DNA of 64,000 nt, taken from assembly GCA_905235335.1 (NCBI GenBank), contig CAJOKZ010000021.1, forward strand, positions 23,622 through 87,621, given 5' to 3'. Position numbers and translations under genes: made by a program. The notes beneath the pieces are model-generated. The model saw only the letters and a program-made list of their open reading frames with translations, was not told where the DNA came from and searched no databases. This DNA is from an uncultured Succiniclasticum sp. GTDB taxonomy: Bacteria; Bacillota; Negativicutes; Acidaminococcales; Acidaminococcaceae. Each line of letters starts with the position of its first letter. Within the stretch, counting starts at the first letter, position 1. Below are positions 20,801 to 30,687 of the stretch, in pieces.

Positions 20801-20898
20801 GTGGCATAGGAAAAAAGCCCCATGAACGCAAGCAGGGCTGCAAAGAAATAAATGACCTGTTTGTGTCTGATTGACCATTCAGCCCAGTTCGTATTCAT
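17848..20898 (-). CDS. RND family efflux permease (AcrB/AcrD/AcrF-like)
   Basis: 1016 aa with a 12-TM architecture and two large periplasmic loops. N-terminus WSIRHKQVIYFFAALLAFMGLFSY is typical of ACR_tran proteins. Confidence 0.9.
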   Translation of the reverse strand: MNTNWAEWSIRHKQVIYFFAALLAFMGLFSYATLGRQEDPNFTVKQMVISASWPGATAKQMEMQVTDKIEKIAQTVPDLDYVTSYSRPGVSVVNVYLKENVSAATTRLRWQEVRNLVTDKRRTLPADMYGPFFDDHFDDVFGNVYAITSDGFSYEDMRKVASDIKDQFVLVPDVKKVELLGVQPEKIYIQADNEKLSQLGMGVDQLAAVIQAETSIAAAAMKHDGQFNTYLRLTGIPDTVKNIENLPISGNGRTLRLGDIAAVKREYADPGDPKMYFNGKPAVGIAISMVDGGNNLDLGENLANKVAEIRKDLPLGFELNQVLNQPQVVKNAINEFMEGLVEAILIVLVVSLMTLGRESGYVISVCIPLVLLCSMVGMFMGGIDLHKLSLGALIVSLGMLVDDSVVVVEMIETKINEGWDRIKACSFAFESCAKPLLTGTMITCVSFMPIAFAKSSVGEYAGSLFTVITITLMSSWLISATVAPALAHSWIKKEETMGSDDAEKTMYQGGFYDGFRSLLNWSLEHRIAVIIITAGLFFGSLLMVKLLKQEFFPASVRPELLVEMNLPEGSSLQASDEAARRLTDMVMKEDGVESISTYVGKSSPRFVLVIDPVQPRENYAQLVVVAKDLEARKTLEKKIKAMVEEHFPDVQSYSRSIPLGPPTPYPVMIRVSASSDEQAKEYAGKLKDIMLANKNVTMVRFDWMEKAPAVRVELDDDKLRQMGLTRKTVAAALYAEISGYSISQYYEDDQAIDIVFRLEPKDHQNISDLGAMTIPTSRGSVQLDQVAYLSYENEDGMIWRRNLRPTVTVNAGIVDNVTGNDVTNQIMESAKDMRKNLPSGVSVEIGGPSEKSAKSVAAILKPVPAMLCIMLILLMLMLKDVRKVFVAICTAPLGFVGVIVGLFLFNTPLGIMAELGALALVGTIIRNATVLIDQIDQHMAQGMTSLKAVKESVIVRFRPIMLTALTTVLGLIPMFPSDFWRGMAIAISCGLTLATMITLIVLPVVYCMIFRIKNEE

Positions 20899-22007
20899 TT
20901 TTTATCACTGCTTTCCAGCCGCACTTCCAGCCCTTCCGATAATTTGTTGACGCCGCCGGTGACGACAACATCTCCGCTGGACAGTCCCCCTGCAATCCTG
21001 ACGCCGCTTCCTTCATAGCCTGCAGTCACCACATTCACCAAGACAGTCTTCCCATCTCTGACGACCCAGACCTGGGCCTGGTCATTTGTCTGATAGATAG
21101 CACTAGCAGGAATTACGATCATCTGTTCCGTTCCGGTATGCAGTGCCACTTTGGCAGTCATGCCAAGCTTTGCCTGTTCCGGCATGGAATCCACGGCGAC
21201 CTTCACCTTATAGGTCCGCGTTACCGAATCTGCCATCGGCGCAATCTCGCTGATATGCCCGGACGCCTTGATATTATTCAGAGCCCAGAAGGTAATGGTA
21301 GCGGCCTGACCCGTCTTAATTTGCCCCAACCGGTTCTCCGGCACGAAAATCTGTATCTCCCGGCTGCCATCCTGCACAATGGTAACTACAGGTGTACCAG
21401 CTCCGACCACCTGACCGATCTCGGCGGAAATGGACGCCACTGTGCCGTCATGGTCGGAAACCAGCTGCGTGTACCCCATCTGATTCTGACTAACATTCCA
21501 TTTTGCCTGTGCGCTTCTCAGTGTCGCATCTGCTGCATCCAACTGTGTCTTATACTGATCCCGTACCATCGCACTAACTGCGTTCTGCTCATACAATTTG
21601 CTGTAACGGGCGTAATTGTCTCTCGCCAGATTATAATTAGAAAGAGCCGCCTGATAGGCAGCCTGATCCGCATCATAGCTCTGCCGTATATCCTTTGGAT
21701 CGATTTCCATTAACACTTGTCCGGCGCGAACCGTGTCGCCCAAGTTAACAGAACGGGTTACAATCTTTCCCCCTGCCTGAAATGCAAGATTGCTTTCGTA
21801 CTTGCCCCGTACCTCTCCTGGGTATACTGCCGTACCGTCAGCAGTTGTCTCCCCAACAGCCACGGTACGCACCACCGGAATGATTCGTTCCTCCGTTGCA
21901 GGCGGTTTCAGTACGGAAACAACCCGCCAGCCCACAAAGGCAGCCAGCACCATGCCCAGTAAAATATAATGCTTTTTTGAAAAATGAATCTCAGCAAGAA
22001 ATTTCAT
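20895..22007 (-). CDS. efflux RND periplasmic adaptor (membrane fusion protein)
   Basis: N-terminal anchor, a coiled-coil hairpin (DQAAYQAALSNYNLARDNYARYSKLYEQNAVS) and beta-barrel domains. Its stop overlaps the RND start by 4 nt. Confidence 0.85.
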   Translation of the reverse strand: MKFLAEIHFSKKHYILLGMVLAAFVGWRVVSVLKPPATEERIIPVVRTVAVGETTADGTAVYPGEVRGKYESNLAFQAGGKIVTRSVNLGDTVRAGQVLMEIDPKDIRQSYDADQAAYQAALSNYNLARDNYARYSKLYEQNAVSAMVRDQYKTQLDAADATLRSAQAKWNVSQNQMGYTQLVSDHDGTVASISAEIGQVVGAGTPVVTIVQDGSREIQIFVPENRLGQIKTGQAATITFWALNNIKASGHISEIAPMADSVTRTYKVKVAVDSMPEQAKLGMTAKVALHTGTEQMIVIPASAIYQTNDQAQVWVVRDGKTVLVNVVTAGYEGSGVRIAGGLSSGDVVVTGGVNKLSEGLEVRLESSDKK

Positions 22008-22037
22008 GACTATTATCTCCATTCTGCACTGACGGTA

Positions 22038-22688
22038 TTACCACTCTGTTATATATTCTATAGATTCCTTTCCGGTAGAAACCGTTCTCAGGTAATCGAC
22101 ATACAAATCGTGTAACCGCTGAAAGTTGTTAGCGCCGTGAAGCTTTTTAGATTCGATTACAGCTTCATAATTGTAGGTAAGCAGATAAAATGAAAAAATA
22201 CTGAGCAGAATAAAAGCAGCACGCCGATTGTCGGATTCCGGCTTGACGGACTGCAGCATCTTTGCATTTTGAAATGCGTCAGCAATTTGATCATAAAATG
22301 AAACCAAGCGGCTGCCCACAACTTCATTGCCGAACTTAGTCGGCACCAAGAATTCCTGATAAAGAATATGCATGCTGTCAGGATCCTGAAGAAAAAGCAT
22401 TGCCATTTCATCCAAAAATGTCAGAAGACCTTGCAACGGCCTTTGCCGTGCAGCTTTTAACTTTTCCGCAAGAGCTGTCAGCTTTTCCGCCAGTTGTTCC
22501 AGCACCGTCTGGTAGAGCTGCGCCTTACCACCAAAATGATAAGATACCAGTGCGCTGTTGACTCCTGCCTTCTGGGTGATCTGTTTAACAGATACGCCAT
22601 GATACCCATATTGGGCAAAAAGCAGTTTGGCTGCCTTCAATATTTTATCGGAAGTATCCCCGGCTTCCTGTAAAGCAACTTTCTTCAT
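22038..22688 (-). CDS. TetR/AcrR family transcriptional regulator
   Basis: N-terminal HTH ILKAAKLLFAQYGYHGVSVKQITQKAGVNSALVSYHFGGK. It is the first gene of the efflux operon. Confidence 0.85.
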   Translation of the reverse strand: MKKVALQEAGDTSDKILKAAKLLFAQYGYHGVSVKQITQKAGVNSALVSYHFGGKAQLYQTVLEQLAEKLTALAEKLKAARQRPLQGLLTFLDEMAMLFLQDPDSMHILYQEFLVPTKFGNEVVGSRLVSFYDQIADAFQNAKMLQSVKPESDNRRAAFILLSIFSFYLLTYNYEAVIESKKLHGANNFQRLHDLYVDYLRTVSTGKESIEYITEW

Positions 22689-22750
22689 GTCATGTTCCCC
22701 ATTCTATAATTTTACAGAAACTGTATTGCGTGTCAGCATCCAGTAATTTT

Positions 22751-22776
22751 AATTAAACGTTTAATTTATTATAACA
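22751..22776 (-). promoter_or_regulatory. tetR-efflux operon promoter (-10) with a palindromic operator
   Basis: Read on the minus strand, TGTTATAAT is an extended -10 (22768-22776). It is followed immediately by the perfect 16-bp palindrome AATTAAACGTTTAATT (22751-22766), 63 bp upstream of the tetR ATG. Confidence 0.55.
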
Positions 22777-23085
22777 CAAATTATGCCATGCGCAAGTGTA
22801 AAGGAAGGGCGATAGTAAATCCTTACCTGTAAAACGAAAAGGAGCCCGTCTTCCTTTTATTTTATGCAAACTATGCAGAATAGTATACATATCCGGGATT
22901 GTATCCCATCTTACAAAAAACGTGTACTCGCAAAACTGCGATTACACGTCTTTTCCTTTTTCCCCGATTCCGCTTTTAAACCCAAGAACATTTTGTCAGC
23001 GAATACGTACTGTCCCACAATTTTATGAAAAAACCATTCCGGTTTTTACACGCACTTTCTCAAGCTAATGAAATTGGCTTTTTCT

Positions 23086-23787
23086 TTATTCTTTAAATAG
23101 TTTTTTCTTCCCTGCATAAAACGCAATGCCCACCACAATCACCAGCACCGTCAGCCGCAGGCTGCTCTCCCGGAAGTTTACCACATCGTGACCGATGACG
23201 ACTTCCAATGCGGTAGACGGGAATTTGCCGATTAGGTTTGCGATGATGTAATCCCTTGTGCTCATTCGGCTCAGGGCGCCTACAGCAGTAAGGATACCTG
23301 ATGGAAAATACGGCAGCGCTCGGGCAAAGGTCATCCAGATGATACCGTTTTTCTCGCTGGCCCTGTCAATATCCTGTAACCGGTTGGCCTTACGGATCAG
23401 CTTTTCCGCCGTATTACGGAAAAAGAACCTCATAAGCAGAAAGCTCAGCACAACACCGGTTGTCTCCGCAAGCCATGATACCAGTATGCCTAGGGGCAGT
23501 CCGAAAATCAGGCCGTTAGCCGTAGACAGAAAGATAGACGGAAAGATGCTGCCTGCATTAATCAGCACATCAATAAAAAAACTGATGCCAATGGCCCAGT
23601 GACCAAAAGAACGGAGATATTCAGCCAGGTCTTTTACATTGCCGCTGACTGCCAGCCGGAAGGTCCTTTCCACAAACTCCCCCGCAAACAGATGCAGGCA
23701 CAGGTACAATAAAAGCAGCAAAACCAGCGCAATTACTTTTGTCAGCCCGTCCGGATCCTTATACCATTTCCTTTTTTCTTCTGACAT
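23086..23787 (-). CDS. TVP38/TMEM64 (DedA-related) family membrane protein
   Basis: Multi-TM protein with ARALPYFPSGILTAVGALSRMSTRDYIIANLIGKFP, typical of the SNARE_assoc/TVP38 family. Confidence 0.75.
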   Translation of the reverse strand: MSEEKRKWYKDPDGLTKVIALVLLLLLYLCLHLFAGEFVERTFRLAVSGNVKDLAEYLRSFGHWAIGISFFIDVLINAGSIFPSIFLSTANGLIFGLPLGILVSWLAETTGVVLSFLLMRFFFRNTAEKLIRKANRLQDIDRASEKNGIIWMTFARALPYFPSGILTAVGALSRMSTRDYIIANLIGKFPSTALEVVIGHDVVNFRESSLRLTVLVIVVGIAFYAGKKKLFKE

Positions 23788-23910
23788 AAAAAATCTTCTT
23801 TCTGAATTTATAAAGAAATAATGTGCGTAAAATCACAAAAGACAACAGTATTTTTTATAAATATTAATTATTCACAAAATACCGGCAGACACAATGCTTT
23901 ACGAAACAGT

Positions 23911-25981
23911 TTATGAATTAAAAATACCGGAAAAGTGACCGTCAAACAGGTTTTCTGCTCCCCTGAGCATCTCCTGCCGCAGATCCTGTCGAGCCAGCAC
24001 ATGCTGTGCATCCCTGCGAGCCGCCAGCAGCACATCCGTGTCCCGCAGGATATCGGCCAGCCGCAAATCAGGCAGGCCGTGCTGCCGTAGGCCAAACAGC
24101 TGTCCGGCTCCCCGCAGTTCCAAGTCCTGATGCGCCAGTTCAAAACCGTCGTTGGAATTGTGCAGCACCGTAAGCCGCGCCAAATTGTCCGGTTCCCGGT
24201 TATCCGTCAGCAGCACACAGTAAGACTGCTTGTCGCCGCGACCGACCCGTCCGCGTAGCTGGTGCAGCTGAGCGAGACCGAAGCGGTCCGCGTTTTCAAC
24301 GATCATCAGCGTAGCATTGGGCACGTTCACCCCTACTTCAATTACGGTGGTAGTTACCAGGCACTTCAATTTGTCTTCCGCAAATTCCTCCATGACGGCA
24401 TCCTTTTCCGCCGGTTTCATCTTGCCGTGAAGAAGTCCGCAGGGAATATCTTTAAGCCATGTCCTCTTAAGCTCCTCGTACACGTCATTGACGCTGCGGA
24501 TCCCTTCCATGGCTTCCGATTCCTCAATAGATGCGCAGACTACATAGACCTGCCTTCCCGCACGAATCTGCCGCACCATACCCGCATAGACCTTCTGCCG
24601 CATATCGCCGGTATAGCAGAGTGTCTCCACGGCCTTGCGTCCCGGAGGCATACCCCGCATGACAGTGGTCTCCACATCTCCGTACACAGTTAAGGCGAGA
24701 GTCCGAGGTATGGGTGTTGCTGTCATGATCAGCACATCCGGTGCATATTCCGATTTGTTGACCAACGCTGCCCGCTGATTCACACCAAAGCGATGCTGTT
24801 CATCGGTCACCACCAGCGCAAGATGCGCAAACATCACATCTTCCTGCAGCAATGCATGCGTCCCTACTAGAACCTGCAGGGAACCATCTTCCAGTTTCTG
24901 AAGGATCTCCCTGCGTTCAGAGGTTTTTGTGTTGCTGGTCAGTATATTTATCGTAATGCCGGTATCTTTAAAAAATTCCGTCAATGTTTCCAGATGCTGC
25001 TGGGCCAATATCCCCGTCGGCGCCATAATACAACCCTGGAATCCGTTCTCCGCGGTCTTCGCCAGGGCCAGTGCAGCAATGACGGTCTTGCCACTGCCAA
25101 CGTCTCCCTGCAGTAGGCGGTGCATAGGACGCGCATCCTCCATATCGCCGGAAATATCCGCCCAGGCTTTTTGCTGGGCCTGTGTCAGGGAAAACGGAAG
25201 GCTGTGCAGGATCTTCCGAACCGTATCCCTGTCCCGGTCATGCTTGACACCCGGGCGGCCGTCGTGATTGCGCTCACGATTCAGCATAAGGCCGCACTGC
25301 AGCAGGAACAGTTCTTCATAGACAAGGCGCTTTTTTGCCTGCCGGAAGCGCTCTGCGCTTTCTGGAAAGTGGATATTGCTTACCGCCTCTAAACAAAAAA
25401 CCATATTGCTCACTTATGGCAGCCGGAATCGTCTCCGGCAGACCATTATCCCTGGCCAGCTGTAATGCCTGGCGTACTGCGCTCCGCAGATTATGCTGTG
25501 TTAAAGATTCGGTCAAGTTATATACCGGTAATATCCCCACGGAACGATCCAGGCTGTCTTCATCACAGGGTTGCAGTAACACTTCGCTCACTGCTTTTGC
25601 CGCACGCCCCGGCTTTACCCTTCCTGTGACCAGAAGCCTGCTTCCGGCCTTGAACCTTCGGGCCTGAAAGCGTTGAGCGCCGAACAGGAAGAGTTCCGCG
25701 TATCCGGTCTCATCTTTCACGGTGACCACCGCATACCGGCGGCCACTGCCAGAATATCGTTCAACCGCCCGCAAGGCTTCCGCTTCAAAAATCTGGCGCG
25801 AGCCGTCGGTCTTCAGTTCCCGGATGGTCGCCAGATGGGAATAGTCAATATAATTGTCAAGGCGGGGATAAAAGTCCAGCAGGTCACCGACCGTAACGAT
25901 CTCCAGACGGGCAAAGGCTTCCGCCCGTCTGGTGCCGACACCTTTTAACGAAGTGACCGGCCGCTGCCACCAGTTCTCCAT
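23911..25981 (-). pseudogene. recG: ATP-dependent DNA helicase RecG, split by a +1 frameshift in a T6 (plus-strand A6) run at 25395-25400 (pseudogene or homopolymer sequencing error)
   Basis: ORF 25981->25316 encodes the wedge/OB N-domain (MENWWQRPVTSLKGVGTRRAEAF..). ORF 25413->23911 encodes NIHFPES..ELFLLQ plus the helicase core (GDVGSGKT, DEQHRFG, TATPIPRT, QLRGRVGRG). Removing one T joins them as ..SEQYGFCLEAVSNIHFPES.. into a 689-aa RecG. Confidence 0.85.
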
Positions 25982-26376
25982 ACCGCTTCGTCCTTTCCTG
26001 AAAACCGCCGCTTCTTTCGTCTGTACGCTAATGATGTATATCCAGAAGATGTAAGCAAAAAACACGCCATCGATGCGACAGCGCACTGTTTATTGTATAC
26101 AAGCAAGCTTACAGTTCTCCACTCATGTCGTGGATTTTTTACATATATGGTTATTATAGCACTATTTTAACTTTTTTCTTTGACATTTTTGAAAAATGCT
26201 TGCTTTTACTTTTCACTTGTGATAAGATACTCATGTTAAATTTTAAGGAAAGCCTTGGATCTGGTCCTCCGGGCTGGAACACTTGGCTCTTCAATGCAAT
26301 GATACAGCGCGGATTCACGGTCTGCGCAACGTTCTGTAATAGCTTTAAGCTGATTTTGTGAAGGAGGTCGAACCCG

Positions 26377-26565
26377 ATGGCACATTTATGTGAAGTATGC
26401 GGTAAAGGCGTAATGGCCGGCAACAACGTAAGCCATTCCAACCGTCACACCAAAACATCCTGGAAGCCCAATGTACAGACTGTACGGGCTATTGTTGACG
26501 GCGAAGTAAAACGCGTGAATGTCTGCACCCGTTGCCTGCGCTCCGGTAAAATTACCCGCGCTTGA
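26377..26565 (+). CDS. rpmB: 50S ribosomal protein L28
   Basis: MAHLCEVCGKGVMAGNNVSHSNRHTKTSWKPNVQ.. is an L28 signature (Cys-containing form). A GAAGGAGG RBS is present. Confidence 0.95.
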   Translation: MAHLCEVCGKGVMAGNNVSHSNRHTKTSWKPNVQTVRAIVDGEVKRVNVCTRCLRSGKITRA

Positions 26566-26581
26566 TCAGAGATGATACAAT

Positions 26582-26614
26582 AAGCTGTTCTCTTTGGAGA
26601 ACAGCTTTTTTGTC
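26582..26614 (+). terminator. rpmB rho-independent terminator
   Basis: Perfect 11-bp stem aagctgttctc / gagaacagctt with loop tttg, followed by TTTTT. Confidence 0.9.
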
Positions 26615-26667
26615 TGCAAATATCCCTTGTATGCTTTTTATATCCCAGACTTTAATGTTTTTTCAGC

Positions 26668-26713
26668 CCAAAAAAAGCAGCAGCCGCTTTTTTATAAAGC
26701 AAACTGCTGCTTT
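26668..26713 (-). terminator. terminator of the zinc-ribbon protein gene
   Basis: On the minus strand the stem is agcagcag..ctgctgct with an inner gcttt/aaagc helix, followed by T7. Confidence 0.6.
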
Positions 26714-26722
26714 TAATTTTGT

Positions 26723-27196
26723 TCAGTCATCACTACGGAAGATCGCATCAAACAATCCCTTCTTCTCTTCTGAATTATCGATGACATCCGCATTAAAATT
26801 GATCCTCGTGCCACATTCGGGACAGAATTTTGTGTTGGCACGCACCTTATGGCCGCAGCTTGTACACCGAATGAACGCTTTCATCTCGATAAGGCGCTGC
26901 TCATATAATTTAAAGAAGTCGTCCACATCGGAATAATCCGGTTTCCATGTGTAGACCTCAATATACTTTTTGTGCTGGTCAAAAAATAACTGAACGGTTC
27001 CATCCCCCATATCCTGCAGGGTAATATCAAAAAACTTTTTCTTCTTATGCCCATGGATGACGAAATTCACGTCATCCCGTTCATCAATATCGATTCCAAT
27101 GTCATTGAGACAGTCAAAAATTAGATCCCAGGCATCCCGGTATGCCACTTCATAAATCCGGATATCCTGTACTCCGCCTGCACCTCTGATACGCAT
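26723..27196 (-). CDS. hypothetical protein with a C-terminal zinc-ribbon
   Basis: 157 aa. CTSCGHKV..FCPECGT is a CxxC..CxxC zinc ribbon. I do not recognise the N-terminal domain. Confidence 0.6.
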   Translation of the reverse strand: MRIRGAGGVQDIRIYEVAYRDAWDLIFDCLNDIGIDIDERDDVNFVIHGHKKKKFFDITLQDMGDGTVQLFFDQHKKYIEVYTWKPDYSDVDDFFKLYEQRLIEMKAFIRCTSCGHKVRANTKFCPECGTRINFNADVIDNSEEKKGLFDAIFRSDD

Positions 27197-27399
27197 GTAT
27201 AATCCGCCTTTCTCCTTAAACCGGATTGCCCGGCGTTTGAAGGACTCTTTTAAAAAATGGCTGCGAACCCATCCGGTCCGCAGCCATCAGAATTACGATA
27301 AAAGCCCAGGAAGCAAGCCTGTACGGCAGAACCTGACCAGTTGCTTTTATATGCAGGCGGCACACTGCAGGCAGAAGCCTGCTGCATCACGCACCACCG

Positions 27400-28923
27400 T
27401 CATTTCGCATAGTCGACAGCCCTGGTTTCACGAATGATAACAACCTTAATCTGTCCGGGATATTCCATCTCTTCTTCAATCTTTTTGGCGATATCACGGG
27501 CCAGTAAAACAGATTTCGTGTCATCGACCACTTCGGGCTTAACCATGATGCGGATTTCACGGCCAGCCTGTACGGCATAACATTTTTCCACACCATCAAA
27601 TGATTCGGAGATCTCTTCCAATCGTGTAAGACGTTTCAAATAACTTTCCAAGGTTTCCCTGCGGGCGCCCGGACGGGCAGCGGAAACTGCGTCAGCCGCA
27701 GAAATCAGCACGGATTCCACACATGTCGGCTCAATGTCTCCGTGATGGGATCCAATTGCATTGATCACAAATGCAGATTCACGGAATTTCTTCGCGACCT
27801 CCACACCCAGTTCCACATGGGAACCTTCCATCTCGTGATCGATCGCTTTACCTATATCATGCAGCAGGCCTGCGCGTTTCGCCAATGTAACATCGACGCC
27901 TAATTCAGCGGCCATGATGCCGGCAAGTTGCGCGACTTCCACGGAATGTTTCAGCACATTCTGACCATAGCTGGTACGATATTTTAAGCGCCCCAGCAGT
28001 TTCACAAGCTCAGGTCTCAGTCCATTGACTCCCACGGCAAATGTCGCCTGTTCCCCTGCCTCCCTGATATTCTGCTCAACCTCTTTCTGGGCTTTTTCAA
28101 CCATCTCTTCAATTCGGGCCGGATGAATCCGTCCATCATTGATAAGCTTCTCAAGGGCTATGCGGGCAACTTCCCGGCGTACGGGGTCAAAACCGGAAAT
28201 AATAACTGCTTCCGGGGTATCATCGATAATCAGATCAATGCCTGTCAAGGTTTCCAACGTACGGATATTTCTGCCTTCACGGCCGATAATCCGGCCCTTC
28301 ATTTCATCATTCGGCAGGCTCACCACGGAAACCGTAGTCTCTGCCACCTGATCGGCAGCGCACCGCTGGATTGCCAGCGCGATAATGTCACGAGCCTTTT
28401 TATCGGCTTCGTCCTTAGCCCGCTGTTCCATCTCCTTGATCATAACGGCTGTATCATGCTGCACATCATCGCGGACAGCAGCCAGCAACTCCTGTTTCGC
28501 TTCTTCGCTACTTAAGCCGGATAACCGTTCCAGCTCCTGTAACTGTCTCTGGTAAATCGCATCGACTTTTTCCTGTGCAGCATTTAATTTGGACTCTTTT
28601 ACCGTAAGATTTTCTTCTTTCTTTTCAAAAGCGTCAATCTTTCGGTCCAAGTTTTCCTCTTTCTGAACTAAACGGCGTTCCTGTCTCTGCAAATCGTTCC
28701 GCCGTTCTTTATTTTCACGCTCCATATCGGAACGTAAACGATGAATTTCATCCTTTGCTTCCATTAAGGATTCTTTTTTCTTTGCCTCGATTGCTTCTTC
28801 GGCTTCCCGGATCATACGGCTCGCCTTTTCCTCCGCTGACGCAAGTTTGCCTTCCGCAACATTCTTGCGCAACATATAGCCTGCGCCGCTGCCAACTGCC
28901 AAAGCTGCAATCGCAGCAATCAC
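27400..28923 (-). CDS. rny: ribonuclease Y
   Basis: N-terminal TM helix, coiled coil, KH domain ([31 protein letters not shown]) and HD domain ([12 protein letters not shown]). It aligns end to end with B. subtilis Rny. The start codon is uncertain (see findings). Confidence 0.95.
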   Translation of the reverse strand: MIAAIAALAVGSGAGYMLRKNVAEGKLASAEEKASRMIREAEEAIEAKKKESLMEAKDEIHRLRSDMERENKERRNDLQRQERRLVQKEENLDRKIDAFEKKEENLTVKESKLNAAQEKVDAIYQRQLQELERLSGLSSEEAKQELLAAVRDDVQHDTAVMIKEMEQRAKDEADKKARDIIALAIQRCAADQVAETTVSVVSLPNDEMKGRIIGREGRNIRTLETLTGIDLIIDDTPEAVIISGFDPVRREVARIALEKLINDGRIHPARIEEMVEKAQKEVEQNIREAGEQATFAVGVNGLRPELVKLLGRLKYRTSYGQNVLKHSVEVAQLAGIMAAELGVDVTLAKRAGLLHDIGKAIDHEMEGSHVELGVEVAKKFRESAFVINAIGSHHGDIEPTCVESVLISAADAVSAARPGARRETLESYLKRLTRLEEISESFDGVEKCYAVQAGREIRIMVKPEVVDDTKSVLLARDIAKKIEEEMEYPGQIKVVIIRETRAVDYAK

Positions 28924-29052
28924 TGTTTCGAAAATTTTCTTTCACCTCCTGTCTTTTCCGACATAAAAATAAGGCAACCAATACGGTGGTTCGCCTTGAG
29001 AAAAACGATATCTGTTCAATTTTGCTTACACGACTGGTTACTTTAATTGTAA

Positions 29053-29098
29053 TGAAAAATCCCCAAAAAGTCAAGGAATTACCCCTTCTTTTTGGGGA
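29053..29098 (-). terminator. recX rho-independent terminator
   Basis: On the minus strand, an 11-bp stem tccccaaaaag / ctttttgggga followed by TTTTT, immediately after the recX stop. Confidence 0.85.
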
Positions 29099-29105
29099 AA
29101 TCTGG

Positions 29106-29609
29106 TTATTCTTCGTCCTCTTCCCGGGCCAGCGCAAGCCCGGAACGAATCATGGAAGGTCCGAAACCTCTGGCGGAAAGATAACGGATTAGAGACGCCG
29201 TGCCTTTTTCTGTGGAGCAGTCATATTTTTTATCCTTACGCAAGGCGATCAGCCGATAAGCTGCTTTAAGCCGACACATTTCTTCTTCCTCGCTCAGCAT
29301 CTCCAGGATGACCGGAATATATGCGTCATCCACCTGCTTCTTTAAAAGTTCCGCCTGTAGATGAAGCCTGCCGTAAATCTTTTTACCCCGCCAGAATTCA
29401 AAGACACGTAAGGCATACCGTTCCTCATTGATTAGGTCGTATTGTTTCAGCCTATCAACCACCTCACGAATCAACGCGGTGGAAGAACAGCACCGTCTCA
29501 GCTTCTGTACCAGTTCTTTTTCACCGTATTCCCGCCGGTCCAGCAGAGATAAGGCATATTCATAAACTTCATCAGCCGTTGTCAGGGATCTGCTGGCGTT
29601 CCGGAACAT
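29106..29609 (-). CDS. recX: recombination regulator RecX
   Basis: Three-repeat helical RecX pattern ([20 protein letters not shown]..). It lies directly downstream of recA and overlaps it by 38 nt. Confidence 0.85.
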   Translation of the reverse strand: MFRNASRSLTTADEVYEYALSLLDRREYGEKELVQKLRRCCSSTALIREVVDRLKQYDLINEERYALRVFEFWRGKKIYGRLHLQAELLKKQVDDAYIPVILEMLSEEEEMCRLKAAYRLIALRKDKKYDCSTEKGTASLIRYLSARGFGPSMIRSGLALAREEDEE

Positions 29610-30645
29610 CTGCCGCTACTCCTTCCATATCCTTCGAGGCCATCAGCCTGTTGACCGTCAGTTCGCGGATCCTCGCTTCCACTTCACCGGCAACCTCCGG
29701 ATTATCGCGCAGAAACTCCTTGGCTTTTTCACGGCCCTGCCCGATCCGCACATCCCCATAAGAGAACCAGGCCCCACTTTTTTGGAGAACCTCAAGATCA
29801 ACCCCCAAATCCACCAGGCATCCCGTCTTGGAAATGCCCTCGCCGTACATGATATCAAACTCTGCCTGTTTAAAGGGTGGCGCAACCTTGTTCTTAACCA
29901 CTTTGATGCGGGTACGGGATCCGATGATATCATTGCCGTTCTTAATCGTATCGATTTTCCGCACCTCCATCCGGATAGTGGAATAAAATTTCAGCGCACG
30001 GCCACCCGTTGTCGTTTCCGGATTGCCAAACATAATACCGACCTTTTCACGTATCTGATTGATAAAAATAGTGGCACATTTGGATTTTGCAATGATACCA
30101 GTCAACTTCCGAAGTGCTTGGCTCATAAGGCGAGCCTGCAGCCCTACATGGCTGTCCCCCATCTCTCCTTCGATTTCAGCCCGTGGCACTAAAGCTGCTA
30201 CCGAATCAATGACAATGATATCAATTGCTCCGCTGCGGACTAGAGCATCGCAGATCTGCAGGGCCTGCTCCCCATTGTCTGGCTGGGAAATAAGCAGGTT
30301 ATCCACATCAACCCCCAAGCGGCGGGCATAATCCGGATCCAGGGCATGCTCCGCATCAATAAACGCCGCATATCCGCCCATCTTCTGTGCTTCCGCAATC
30401 ATATGCAACGCCACAGTGGTCTTGCCAGAAGATTCCGGCCCATAAATTTCGACGACACGTCCTCGGGGGATGCCACCTACACCCAAAGCAATATCCAGAG
30501 ACAGGGCTCCGGTAGGAATCGTTTCCACGTTCATCCTGGCACTGGCTTCTCCCAGTCGCATGATGGATCCTTTACCAAAATCTTTTTCAATTTGGCGCAT
30601 GGCATTGTCCAGCGCCTTAACTTTATCATTCGATGCATTTGCCAT
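29572..30645 (-). CDS. recA: recombinase RecA
   Basis: [31 protein letters not shown] (Walker A), IVIDSVAAL and the L1/L2 loops. Unmistakably RecA. Confidence 0.98.
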   Translation of the reverse strand: MANASNDKVKALDNAMRQIEKDFGKGSIMRLGEASARMNVETIPTGALSLDIALGVGGIPRGRVVEIYGPESSGKTTVALHMIAEAQKMGGYAAFIDAEHALDPDYARRLGVDVDNLLISQPDNGEQALQICDALVRSGAIDIIVIDSVAALVPRAEIEGEMGDSHVGLQARLMSQALRKLTGIIAKSKCATIFINQIREKVGIMFGNPETTTGGRALKFYSTIRMEVRKIDTIKNGNDIIGSRTRIKVVKNKVAPPFKQAEFDIMYGEGISKTGCLVDLGVDLEVLQKSGAWFSYGDVRIGQGREKAKEFLRDNPEVAGEVEARIRELTVNRLMASKDMEGVAADVPERQQIPDNG

Positions 30646-30687
30646 AACTTAATATCCTCCCGTTACGTCCAGAACTTTCCTATAACC

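Noticed and set aside
26170-26200. CodY-like or palindromic site CATTTTTGAAAAATG upstream of rpmB/recG
   Set aside because: It lacks the central TTC-W-GAA core spacing of the CodY motif and mismatches at more than 4 of 15 positions in any register. It is also not a perfect palindrome. It is most likely just AT-rich promoter DNA overlapping a TTGACA -35 element.
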